Positions 51,715-63,204 of a DNA stretch of 64,000 bases are shown piece after piece. The notes beneath the pieces are model-generated. The model did no database searches. It worked only from the letters and a program-made list of their open reading frames with translations, and had not been told where the DNA came from. The DNA comes from Octopus sinensis (Eukaryota), in assembly GCF_006345805.1 (NCBI RefSeq), contig NC_042998.1:50840001-50904000 (forward strand), given 5' to 3'. Both the position numbers and the translations under genes were made by a program. Within the stretch, counting starts at the first letter, position 1, and each line of letters opens with the position of its first letter.

Positions 51715-53050
51715 CAGACAGACAGACAGACAGATAGATAGACAGATACAGAAGGAGAGTGAGATGAAATGGTGGAGAATGTAAGTTCGTATTATGTAAT
51801 AAAGTATAAATGGAACAACAGTTACAAATAAGAAATAAGAAATACGGCAATTTTAGTTATGATTCCAATTAGACATTTTTATTTCATACTTAAAGTATAA
51901 AGTGGATTGAAGATGGAATCAAAGCTTGTAAATATATGTGTGTGTAAGATTCACATTTTGAGAAATTACGGTACCAAAATTCCTTGCAAGACTCTCCTCA
52001 AAGAGAATAAATGCAAACCTTTTGAACTGGTAAATTGACTTCTTACAAAACTACTGAAATATAGTTGCATCCATTAGCAAAATCCTCATCAAACACTATT
52101 ATGCCAATTTAAGGTTTTCTCTCTACCTTCAAACCTCTCTAATTTATCTAAAGGATTATTATTACAGGCCCTGTCTGTATTCTTAGTTACACAGATTTAT
52201 CTCTTCTCTATATATCAAAGGCTGCACATTTTTTTTTCTCCTTCTTCCTCAGTTTCTTTCTTCAAACAATCTGCAAGTACCAACCTCATTCTAAGCTGAA
52301 TCCAAATTTCCAAATAGTCTTTGAAAGGTATGCTAGAATAAAGACTAATTTAACCTATACCATATTGGTTTTTATCTTTCTAGAAGAACAAAGATGTTCC
52401 ATAAGAAATCCACAGCAAATTTCTCATTAAATCTCATTAAATTTATGAGAGACGTAAAATTACTTAGCTGTGTTGGAAAGCCCTTATTTCTCTACTAAAG
52501 GCTGAACATACTCTTGTACAAATAGTTCAATTGCAATCAATTTGTTTTTATTTTATATAATTTTAGATACTTCATATGGAACTACTAACACAACGTACAT
52601 TTAGAATGTGATTACTTCAAAATTCCTGTTCATTGCCGTTCTTGTTTTTTAGCCCCGGGTCAACCCTGATTGAGCAGAACAATGATCAAAAGAATTCCAG
52701 CCATTATCATCCTGCCTTTTTTTTATGGTTATGAAATATTACATAACCTAATGTATTCTCTCTTTTCTTTAAGAAATCTGGGTGCAGACAGAACATAACT
52801 AAATATCTGAAAAGTATTTTTTCGCCAAAACTTCTTCATATTACACCTTCTCATCTTAAGAAAAAAAAAAGAAGGAAAAAAAAAGCAGATTGAATAAAGT
52901 AGTTCTTGACACAATGCTTGAAAATAAGATGTGATAATCATGACAGGATTATCTCTGATTATTGAACTGTTCATTCAGCTAAGAGGTGACTTGTGGACTA
53001 AACAACAAACTTAGCCAAAATGGTGGTGGTGGTGGTGGCAGCAGTGGTGT

Positions 53051-53089
<39 letters not shown>

Positions 53090-53299
53090 CAGAAGCAGCC
53101 GTTCAAGAATTTGGACCTGGAGATCTCCATTTCCAGTGACTTCGAGGGCCACCTCCCAGTCATGTTGGGCATCAACGAAGAGTCTTCGACTACAAGACGA
53201 CCAAGATTTTTTTTTTCCAAGGTCTGGGGTCTCCTGCCTCTAAGCCCTAGACCATCACCTATCACCCTTACCCATCTTGTTGCTTAACAACAACAACAA

Positions 53300-53332
<33 letters not shown>

Positions 53333-54207
53333 TAGTAGTAAGAGATAATTACAGAGTAAATACATAGCAGAAATTTCATGGCAACCTGTTCCTTAACCCT
53401 TTTCCGACCGTATTTCTGCTGAAATACACAGCCTTTGCTTCGTTCATTTTCAAAATAATAAAAGATTAGTAACACAGCTTTCTTCTTATTAAGCTAGTGT
53501 TTGGAATATAAACTAACATGAAATATTGATTAACGGTTTTCAATTAAAGCTATGACTTGCATAAGTAGATTCAAATGAAAATGTGCTAGTTGCTGTTGTA
53601 TATGTCACAGGATAACAACTTCTCCCTTTTACAATCCCACCGTGTTCTTAACACATTCACAGCATTGGTGAAAGGGATTCTGGGACACTGGTGTTTCAAC
53701 TTGCTGTGTCTCATCAGCCAGAAACACCCAGACCATGGCTTTGTTTATAATCTCAGCAAACAAAACTATATCAATTTCACCCTTTAACATTTAAACACGC
53801 TATATCCAGCTCAAATATTTTTACCGGTTTTTTGTTCAAACTGGCCAGATCCAGCCTCTTACACCTACCCTGCAGTGTCATAAAAATAAACAATCACATC
53901 TTTGAAATTTCAAAGCTACAAGATAATATACTATACACAAACTATTTGTGCAGGTTGTTCGGCAAAGCTGAATACATACATAATCTTCAGTGAGAGAAAC
54001 CATCATAGAAATAATGGGTTGTATACATTTATTTATTTATAGGCTTACAGTTGTTTCTGCTATACATTTGGGTGCATTCATGGTTCAATTTTACCAATTG
54101 ATCAATTGATCAAGTGAATAGATAGGAAGCAACCCACACAATGACATCTTCAACAGAGCCAAAATGAAGGAAAATATGAGATTAAGTAAAGCAAGGTATA
54201 CATCTCT

Positions 54208-54442
54208 TAAAGGCAGCGAGCTGGCAGAATCGTTAGCACACTGGGTGAAATGCTTAGCGGTATTCCGTCTGCCGCTACGTTCTGAGTTCAAATTCCACCG
54301 AGGTCGACTTTGCCTTTCATCCTTTCGGGTTCAATTAAATAAGTACCAGTTATGCACTGGGGTCGATATAATCGACTTAATCCATTTGTCTGTCCTTGTT
54401 TGTCTTCTCTGTGTTTAGCCCCTTGTGGGTAGTAAAGAAATA
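54208..54442 (+). mobile_element. SINE family B
   Basis: Full-length match, with diverged TSD aggtatacatctcttaaag / aggtaaacatcttttaaag. Confidence 0.85.
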
Positions 54443-55035
54443 GGTAAACATCTTTTAAAGTACTCACTGTAAAGATTACGGTAATACACACAGGTTGTTA
54501 TTTTCTCTTGTGACAGGCACAGATTATAAATGCAGAGTTAATCACCAAGTAGTAAATTTGGTATATTAATCACAGATTGATACACAAAATGTCATAAAGA
54601 GCGAAGATACATTTTCAACGATATTTATTTTCTATGATATTGTTGAAAAAGCACCCTCATTCTTTATGGCTTTACCCTCCCTCACTCCCTCTCGGCCAAA
54701 AGTTATGCACCGAAATACTTTTACATTTTGTTTATACTACTACTACTACTACTACTACCCATTTTGCTCGTCATTATTTATTTTATTCAATTTTAGAAGA
54801 ATTCTAGCATGTGTTCTGCTAGTTTGTGTGTAGGCTGCACTTATAGGCATAAGGGAATATATTCTCATCGATTTGCCTGGTGTTAAAACATCTAAAAGCC
54901 ATAAGCAAGCAAGATAATTGCATCTGGTCCCATTCAGGAACAATAGACATCGATGTTTTGTCATTTTTGTGAATTGTCAATACTGCGTGTTTGAAATGAG
55001 GCCTGATGTAAACTAAATTGCCCTCTAAGGCTATA

Positions 55036-55452
55036 ACTCTTTTACTTGTTTCAGTCATTTGACTGTGGCCATACTAGAGCACCGCCTTTAGTCGAGTAAA
55101 TCGACCCCAGAACTTATTCTTTGTAAGCCTAGTACTTATTCTATTGGTCTCTTTTGCCGAACTGCTAAGTTACAGGGACGTAAACATACCAGCATCGGTT
55201 GTCAAGCAATGTTGGGGGGACAAACATAGACACACAAATACACACACGCACACACACGCACACACATGCACACACACACATACATATACAATGGGCTCCT
55301 TTCAGTTTCCGTCTACCAAATCCACTCACAAGGATTTGGTCGACCCGAGGCTATAGTAAAAGACACTTGCCCAAGGTGCCAAGCAGTGGGATTGAACCCA
55401 GAACCTTATGGTTCATAAGCAAGCTACTTACCACACAGCCACTCCTCCGCCT
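55036..55452 (-). mobile_element. SINE family A, long form
   Basis: Full composite match. Confidence 0.85.
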
Positions 55453-55636
55453 ATATGTAAAATGGTGTAAGAACCATCAGCTAGTATGTCTCAATGTTTC
55501 ATACCATGGACAAAAAATTCAAATATGAAGCAGCCCATGAAATATACACGATATCAAACACACATACACAAAATATGTAACGCATGCATTGTGTATGTGT
55601 GTTTGGTATTGTTTATATCCCTTGAGCTGCTTCTAA

Positions 55637-56643
55637 TGAGGTGGTATCAAAATGTTCCAGACTAGTTCTGCAGCATGCCAACTGGTGGCAGCACATGGTT
55701 GAGTGCACAATGAAAGCTAGCAGCAACCTTCATGAGGCAGTAGACCAAGTGACATTGCTGTGTTTATTTTGCAAGTTGTGAAATTTTGTGTTTTTGTGAT
55801 CATATATATGCTGTAGTCTACGATTTTTATCATGGACAGGAAGCTGGATCAAAGCGCCAACATGAAATTTTAAACTTGGGAGGTCTGCTACAGAGACACT
55901 CTGGCATGCTTATGGCAACAAGGTAATGGGTCGTATACTATTATTATTATTATTTTTTATTGTTCGACCGTGGTCAAGACAATGGAATTTACCATGCTAC
56001 ACCAGACTTCACGGTCTATCATAGCATTACGGAGGTCCTATTGCTGGATGCCTGTATCCCTGGAGATTACATCAGGGTTGTATACAATGTTCTGAGTGGC
56101 ACAGGCACTTCAGAAATGGAAGACGATGAGAGATCTGGAAGACCTGCCATGAGCGTCACCCTACCGAAAATGAGGAGAAGATTCATCAGCTTATTCATGA
56201 AAATTGCTGGAGGGCAATCAACGACATTTTAAAGCATTTGAGGGAGAACATTCAGGGCAAGTGTCTGGATCTGTGGAGTGCAAAGAATTGGATTCTTCAT
56301 GACAACAATGCACCCTGTCACCGGCTCTCCTCACTCGAGAGTTTCTCGTCAAAAAACAATATGGTATCACTTCCTGCATATTCGCCATATTTAGCACCAA
56401 GATGCATATGCAGCTCAAAGGTCACCGTTTTAACACCGTTGTCAAGATCAAGAGCAAATCACTGAAGATCTTTGACTTGCTTATGGAAAATGACTTCCCA
56501 ACCATATTCCAAAAGTGGCAGGAATGCTGGGACTGGCGTATTGCTGCTCAAGGTGACTATTTCAAAGATGATAATGCTAAAACTTAGATAAATAAGTTAT
56601 TCTTTATTAAATATAACTAGTCCAGAAATTTTTGTTACCACCT

Positions 56644-56647
<4 letters not shown>
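55637..56647 (+). mobile_element. Decayed mariner element (~1 kb, internal deletions and frameshifts)
   Basis: About 30-bp TIRs (gaggtggtatcaaaatgttccagactagtt / aactagtccagaaatttttgttaccaccttg). Remnant motifs WILHDNNAPCH and PAYSPYLAP resemble mariner HDNA and YSPDLAP. Confidence 0.85.
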
Positions 56648-56686
<39 letters not shown>

Positions 56687-57233
56687 AAAATATAATTAAG
56701 AAGAACAGAGATTTATATCAAGTTTTATTCAGCAGTTAATTACTTCTTTTTATTTCTGCACTTGTATATGTTTCAGTAGCAATTAACACACACAACAAAA
56801 TTTGCACTTTTATGTGTATTCATTGTTAATTGTTGCTTCTTTAGGGTGGAGTCAACTGCATTGTTCAAATGGAATCTAAATTAAATACAAGTCCAGCCAA
56901 AATCTATCATACATGTGGTGTTGTCATTGTTCCAAAAATAACCTAGATCCTGACCATTTCAACTCTGCTGGTTAAAAATAAAATAACTAGTTGTCCAATG
57001 AATTTTAGCAGTCTGCAGACGTAGGCCATGCTTAAATGGTGAGTGGTAGTATTAAAGCTTAGTATCAGGTTTCCTTAAGTATGTTTGTTAGTAAATCAAA
57101 CTAACTGGAGTTTTTTATACACTCACTGAGGTTAGCCAGCATTAATAACTGGTAAAAGCAACTACGGTACCCACTTGGATTCTGTATCCCTGATTACCAA
57201 AATCTGAAAATTTATCTTTAATATATATATATA

Positions 57234-57775
57234 CAGGGTTATTCAAAAAGAATGAACTGATTTCATTACGCAATATTTTAATAAGGAAAAGCAATAGAAA
57301 ACTCCAGCTAAGTCACAAGTATTTACTTACAATCAACTTTTATTTCCTGTCTTACAAGTGTTCAATGTGGTCACCACATGCAGTGTGGGCAACATCAATG
57401 TGATAAGAGAATTCCTCCCAGACGCATATCAAAAGTATGTTGATTATGGAACTAAAGAATAAATTTGATTTTGCTTGAGGCAATTCTAGAAGATATTGAC
57501 ATAGAAGGGAAATGGAAAAACTTCAATAAAGCATTCAACCAGACCACCAAAGAAGTACTCAGTGGATCGTGATATGCTGATACGTGTCTAGGAGGAATTC
57601 TCTTATCGCATTGATGTTGACTATGTTGCAGGTGGTGGCCACTTTAAACACTAGTAAGACAGGAAATAAAAGTTGACTGTGAGTAAATACTTGTGACTTA
57701 GCTGGAGTTTTTTATTGCTTTTCCTTATTAAAATATTGCATAATGAAATTGGTTCATTCTTTTTGAATAACCCTG
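57234..57775. mobile_element. Tc1/mariner-derived palindromic MITE with ~197-bp TIRs
   Basis: TA|CAGGGTT...AACCCTG|TA ends. Arms 57234-57430 and 57579-57775 are inverted copies. Confidence 0.9.
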
Positions 57776-58328
57776 TATATGTATAATGTCATTTGCATGA
57801 CCAACTATAGTTAATACCAACAATAGTCAGTGTAGAAACTGAACTACAGTGTAAGGATTTGTTGGAATCAAGGTTCTAGTATGGATAATAAATTAAAAAA
57901 GAACTAGACTCTGGTCAAAGCAGGAATAATGATTACTGTTATCAAATACAGAGATTGATTCCAAAGTTGTAGCAGAAACCATTGAGAAATTTTGATTAGT
58001 TCTAGTAGATCTAAAGGAATGACCAAAATTAAAAGAATTACCAAGTCAGCTCTGGCCAAACAAACTTAAGATCAAAGCAGCCAAGCTATGACTATCCTAT
58101 GTTTGCAAATTCGCTTAGTGGTCATACTAGAAGAATGCAAGTTAAGCTTCAACCAAACATGACAACTGCTCCAGTACACTGTTGACTTCCACAAACTTTT
58201 ACCAAACTGTCTTAAAAATAGGTGGACATAGCAGATTATTCAATCCTGCTTGATAAAAAGATTTCATTTATTCTACATTGGAAAAAAAATATGATGAAGT
58301 AAAAAGAATGAAGTACAATAGAACTTAC

Positions 58329-58472
58329 AATGTTACTGGTATTAGGTTCACAATATCTGCAGGTGGCAAACCGTGTGAGACCGTCTTTAAAGACAAATAT
58401 CCGGAGAGGATCACAGGATGTTAGAAGGACATATATGCGGAAATCAAACTTGAATCCGTCAATTAAAAATGG
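58329..58472 (-). CDS. TTLL6: TTLL6/TTLL13-like tubulin polyglutamylase, internal exon (144 bp, phase 0/0)
   Basis: Translates PFLIDGFKFDFRIYVLLTSCDPLRIFVFKDGLTRFATCRYCEPNTSNI, matching the TTL-domain motif KFDLRIYVL..SCDPLR..GLARFAT. Acceptor tttaaag, donor gtaagt. Not in the ORF track. Confidence 0.95.
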
Positions 58473-58656
58473 CTTTAAAGAAAGACAGAAAGAAAAATGA
58501 ATGCAATAATCATAAGAAAATACACCTTACTAAGTAGGTTATAACAGACTTCATAAAGAAAGTTATAGTATACTTTAAAAAGAAAATTATAATACACCAT
58601 GTCACAAAATACTTCAAAATACACTTTGGAAAGATGGTGGTCATAGTATGCTTTAA

Positions 58657-58866
58657 CTTTTTAGCATTTATCCAGCTCATTATGTTCAACCTGCTTTATG
58701 TTCAAAACGGCCAGATCTGGCCTTGCACACATACCCTACAATGCCATTCTAAAAATAAACAATTACATCACCAAAGTCTCACAGCTACGATATTATGCAT
58801 TATTAATTCAAATCAATGTGAATAAATATACTTTACATTTAACAGAATAATTTGAATGCTAAAGGG
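58657..58866. mobile_element. piggyBac-type MITE, opposite orientation to 24503-24726
   Basis: TTAA|CTTTTTAGCATT...AATGCTAAAGGG|TTAA, with shared internal ggccagatctgg and ataccctaca. Confidence 0.75.
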
Positions 58867-59076
58867 TTAAAAACAAGATTATAGTATTTTTTTTAAAAAG
58901 AAAACTATAGCACACTGTAAAAAGATTACAATTCATTTTAGAAAGACTGAAGTACATTTTGAAATTAAGAATGAAAAAAGATTACATAACACTTTAAAAA
59001 GAAGGGAATAATATAATTTAAAATGGATGCTGCAGCACCCTTTAATAAGAAGGCTTAAAAAGAAAGCCGTAACAGT

Positions 59077-59229
59077 ACAAGTAATATTCGTAGCCACTTT
59101 AACATGGCTGTCCATTTGAGTGGACTCTACTGCAATTTTTTAACTCCAATGTCCTTTTGAGGTTAAAAAATTGCAGTAGAGTCCACTCGAATGGACAGCC
59201 ATGTTAAAGTGGCTATGAATATTACTTGT
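59077..59229. repeat. Near-perfect 68-bp-arm hairpin
   Basis: 59077-59144 versus 59162-59229, with 2 transitions. Confidence 0.9.
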
Positions 59230-59409
59230 CAGTACAACTACTGTGTTGATCTCTTAGAGAGAGATTTTAGAACTAGCATTTTTGCTTGTTGCATAACAGA
59301 ACACTTTAAAAAGAAGCTTTTTATGAAGACCATGAAGGTTAAAAAATTGTTATATTACACTTGTAGTGAATACTCAAGAGAAATTCCTCTCTCCATTCTA
59401 TTATAATAC

Positions 59410-59564
59410 ATGCTTTCAAATGCAGCAGGTAACAGCTAACCTTTGGCCACTATTCGGACCCTGTTCTATCCACTACTCTGATTAGTTGGTATTGACGCAA
59501 CAGAGCAAGAGACAAATTGTGCCAATAACAACCAATCAGAGTTACCTGCTGCATTTGAAAGCAT
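59410..59564. repeat. Asymmetric hairpin element
   Basis: Perfect 24-bp outer arms (59410-59433, 59541-59564) and a 25-bp inner stem (59476-59500, 59517-59541). About 42 extra bp on the left arm. Confidence 0.85.
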
Positions 59565-59565
59565 A

Positions 59566-59921
59566 TCTATATATATAAAGCTGAAGTTGTCTGTGTGTAT
59601 GTGGCAGGTTTGGTAGCCTTCAACTAACACAAGATCCTGTGGCATAAGGTGACCAAAATTGAGAGTATGATAGAAGAAGGCTTGCTCTTCATTCCGTACA
59701 AGAAAAAATTCAAATTGGACCATGTTAACACCAAAAATTATGAAAATCCCTATTTTTTACGATTTTTTGACTGCTGTGTCGCCATTTTTCGGTGTATTTC
59801 AACCAGAAAAATGTTCACTTAAAGAGAATAACAAGCTACATAATGCAAAATTTTTACTTTTCAAAAATTCTAATTCTAAAGAGTCGAAACAAACCCAAGC
59901 AACACTGGGTGATACTGCTAG
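59566..59921 (+). mobile_element. Non-autonomous Helitron-type element (356 bp)
   Basis: A|TC 5' end (TCTATATATATAAA), subterminal hairpin acccaagcaacactgggt at 59893-59910, CTAG|T 3' end, no TSD. Confidence 0.8.
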
Positions 59922-60359
59922 TATTATAATGAAGGGGAGAGAAGGATTTCACTTGAGTGTTTGCTACACATTCTTACAGAAATGTTGTAAAACACTTTAG
60001 AAAAACCTGTAGTACATCATAAAAAGAGGGTTATAGTACATTTCATAAAGAAGGCTGGAGAACACTTTGACAAGAACAGTATATAAGATTTTTAAAGAAA
60101 TATTGTAGCTTGCTTTCTCATTGTTGGTTTTTTTTAAAAAAACAGGGAAAATTAATGCAAACAATGTCATGTCATAAAGCATTTTGGCAAAAGAAATCTT
60201 TGTTGTCCTTAACATGAGTGAAATACTCAATCATGTCTGTTATATCTTGGTGCAAATGTTTCTCCTTCAATATATTCTATTAACTTGGCTGCATATCAGG
60301 GTTTGGCGCATCTCAACACTTTTATTTTTCTGTGCATCAACAGCTTTATTGAAGTTATC

Positions 60360-60810
60360 TGCCAATGCACATGCACACACATACATATGCACACACACAC
60401 ACACACACACATTCACACCTACACAGGGATACACCTATGCACACAAAATACATACAGGCACACACACACACATACACATGTACACAAGCATACACCCACA
60501 CACATATGCAAACACACATACAAGCGTGCGCGCACACACACACACACAAACATACATACAAGCATACAATCATGCAAACATACACACAAGCATACACTCA
60601 TACAGAGGCGTACACCCACACACACAAACACACTTACAAGTGCACAGACACATACATATTACATACAACCACACGCACACATATACACAAGCATACACCC
60701 ACACAAGTGAAAACACACATACAAATGCACACACATACACAATCATACACCCACACACATGCAAGCAGACATACAAGCATACATACACACACACACACAC
60801 ACACACAAAA
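60360..60810. repeat. Degenerate (CA)-rich low-complexity tract
   Basis: Direct reading. Confidence 0.9.
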
Positions 60811-61146
60811 GCATATGATGTTGATGAGTTCTAAGGAAGCTGCCAATTAATCACCTGCTTGATTAACCCCAGATCAACCATTATTGAACAAACCTACATT
60901 CAAAGCATTCCTGCCATGACCATCTCACCCTGAATTCAAGCTATGCACAATCAAGACTACATTACACATTTGCCCTTCGCTTTTAATAAATGGCTTGGTA
61001 TAATCTTGAGGGAAATTTGACTGTTATTTTTAGCTGGTAAAGTGACTTCATAGAGACTTCCCAGGTGTCATTTCAGACAGCAATATTGGTCTTGTTACAA
61101 CTGTTGTTATGACAATGATGATGGCGATGACAACGATGACGAAGAC

Positions 61147-61189
<43 letters not shown>

Positions 61190-61699
61190 CTGATGATGAT
61201 GATGATGATGACGATGATGATGACAGAGCGAGTGAGGGAGGTAGTATGGCTGGGAAGAAGTAGCTAAGCTGAGAGCAGGAAGGATATTTATGTGGTTGAT
61301 ATTGATAGCAGCATCTGCAGTAATATTCAATGACATGCAATTATGATAGACATTAAAGTGTCAGTATTCATATAAATATAAATATTTATATAGAGATAGC
61401 AAAGAAATAAATAAATAGATAAAATAGGTTGTGTGAATGGCTGGCTGGCTGGCTGGATGAATAGATGGATAGATGTATGTATATATATATGAGTATGTGT
61501 GTGTGTGTGTGATTTTATACACACACATATACATGTAGACAGAGAGGCAGGAAAGAGAGTGATAGAGAGATAAATAGATAAATATACAGATAATCAGTTA
61601 GTTTGACACACACAATATAATATATATATATATATATCTAGACATGGAATGAGGTAGTGAAGCATGACCTTCGAACATTGGGCCTCACAGAGGCAAAGG

Positions 61700-62280
61700 C
61701 AGGAGGCTGAGACCTTTGGAGATATGCTGTGATTGAGAAGACTGAGCAACTGAAGTGAGATTGCAGCCATGCATGTGTGGCCCAGTTAAGAGTACCCCTT
61801 ATGAATTGGGCATTATGATATACTTGAGAAGACCTGTTGAGTCAAGTAAAACCAATATTATGGCTGTGGCTAGTGCCCCCTGATTGGCTTCTGTGCCGGT
61901 GGCACGGAAGGAGCAACATCCATATGCGGTTGATGCCAGGTTAGCTTGACTGGCTCCTGTGCCAGTGGCACATAATGAATGTAGCAGATGCCAGTATCCC
62001 TTGATTGGCCCCCATGCCGGTGACACGTAAAAAGCACTATCCGAATGTGATCAATGCCAGGCCTGCATGACTGACTCCTGTGCCAGAGGCACATAAAATG
62101 CACCCACTACACTCTTGGAGTGGTTGGCATTAGGAAGGGCATCTAGCTGTAGAAACATTGCCAGATCTGATTGGATCCTGGTGCAGCTGCTGGCTCTTCA
62201 GACCTCAGTCAAACAGTTCAACCCATGCCAGCATGGAAAACAGACATCAAACGATGATGATTATGACGATGATGATGATA
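61700..62280 (+). mobile_element. Diverged RTE 3' UTR fragment
   Basis: Same repeat units and conserved tail, ending in (GAT)n. Confidence 0.75.
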
Positions 62281-62285
62281 TATAT

Positions 62286-62665
62286 ACTCTTTTACTTGTT
62301 TCAGTCATTTGACTGCGGCCATGCTGAAGCACCGCCTTTAATCGAGCAAATCGACCCCAGGACTTATTTTATCTGTCTCTTTTGCCGAACCGCTAAGTAA
62401 CGGGGACATAAACACACCAGCATCAGTTGTCAAGCAATGCTAGGGGGACAAACACAGACACACAAACACATACACACACACATATATATATACATATATA
62501 CGACAGGCTTCTTTCAGTTTCTGTCTACCAAATCCACTCACAAGGCTTTGGTCGGCCCGAGGCTATAGTAGAAGACACTTACCCAAGGTGCCACGCAGTG
62601 GGACTGAACCCGGAACCATGTGGTTGGTAAACAAGCTACTTACCACACAGCCACTCCTGCACCTA
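62286..62665 (-). mobile_element. SINE family A, long form
   Basis: Full composite match with an internal deletion. Confidence 0.85.
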
Positions 62666-62814
62666 TACATACATATATATATGTATGTATATAAATCAAT
62701 ATTTCACTTAGGCATAGCAAGACTAATAACCTGGTGTAGAACTCTATATATATATGGTCTAGAATACAATGTTATATGAGTACAGAGTAGTAATAGAAAA
62801 CAAAGACATGACAC

Positions 62815-63128
62815 CAAAACAAACAAATGTTTATAATGAACTTCATTCGCTTGCAGCTGTTTCTACCATAAGATGTGGTGGACTCTTAGTTGAGTACCAG
62901 GATAACATCCTATATCTGCATCAGAGCCTTGAATATGAAGTACACTTTATTTGGGAATGTTACATTTTTAAAACATACAGACATTATACCCAAATAAAGT
63001 GTACTTCATGTTCAAGGCTCTGATGCAGATATAGGATGTCATACTGGTACTCAACTAAGAGTCCACCATATCTTATGGCAGAAACAGCTATAAAAAAATG
63101 TAGTACATTACAAACATTTGGTTTTTCA
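62815..63128. mobile_element. Fold-back element with 101-bp core arms
   Basis: 62855-62955 versus 62989-63089 with 5 mismatches. Weaker outer arms caaatgtttataatg / cattacaaacatttg. Confidence 0.85.
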
Positions 63129-63140
63129 AGTCTTTGTTTC

Positions 63141-63201
<61 letters not shown>

Positions 63202-63204
<3 letters not shown>

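Noticed and set aside
53098-53210. GC-richer segment reading PFKNLDLEISISSDFEGHLPVMLGI
   Set aside because: Too short to call. It may be a LINE endonuclease relic, but there is no supporting context.
54819-55058. 79-aa ORF with ordinary amino acid composition
   Set aside because: It begins inside a SINE tail, has no recognisable domain or convincing splice signals, and does not fit the TTLL exon chain.
60184-60850. Long His/Thr-rich ORFs (216 aa, 161 aa)
   Set aside because: These are translations of degenerate (CA)n repeats.
58473-63200. Search for the upstream TTLL exon (KP..GCQG.GI / ICQ.Y motifs)
   Set aside because: None was found by eye; it probably lies beyond the right edge of the window.
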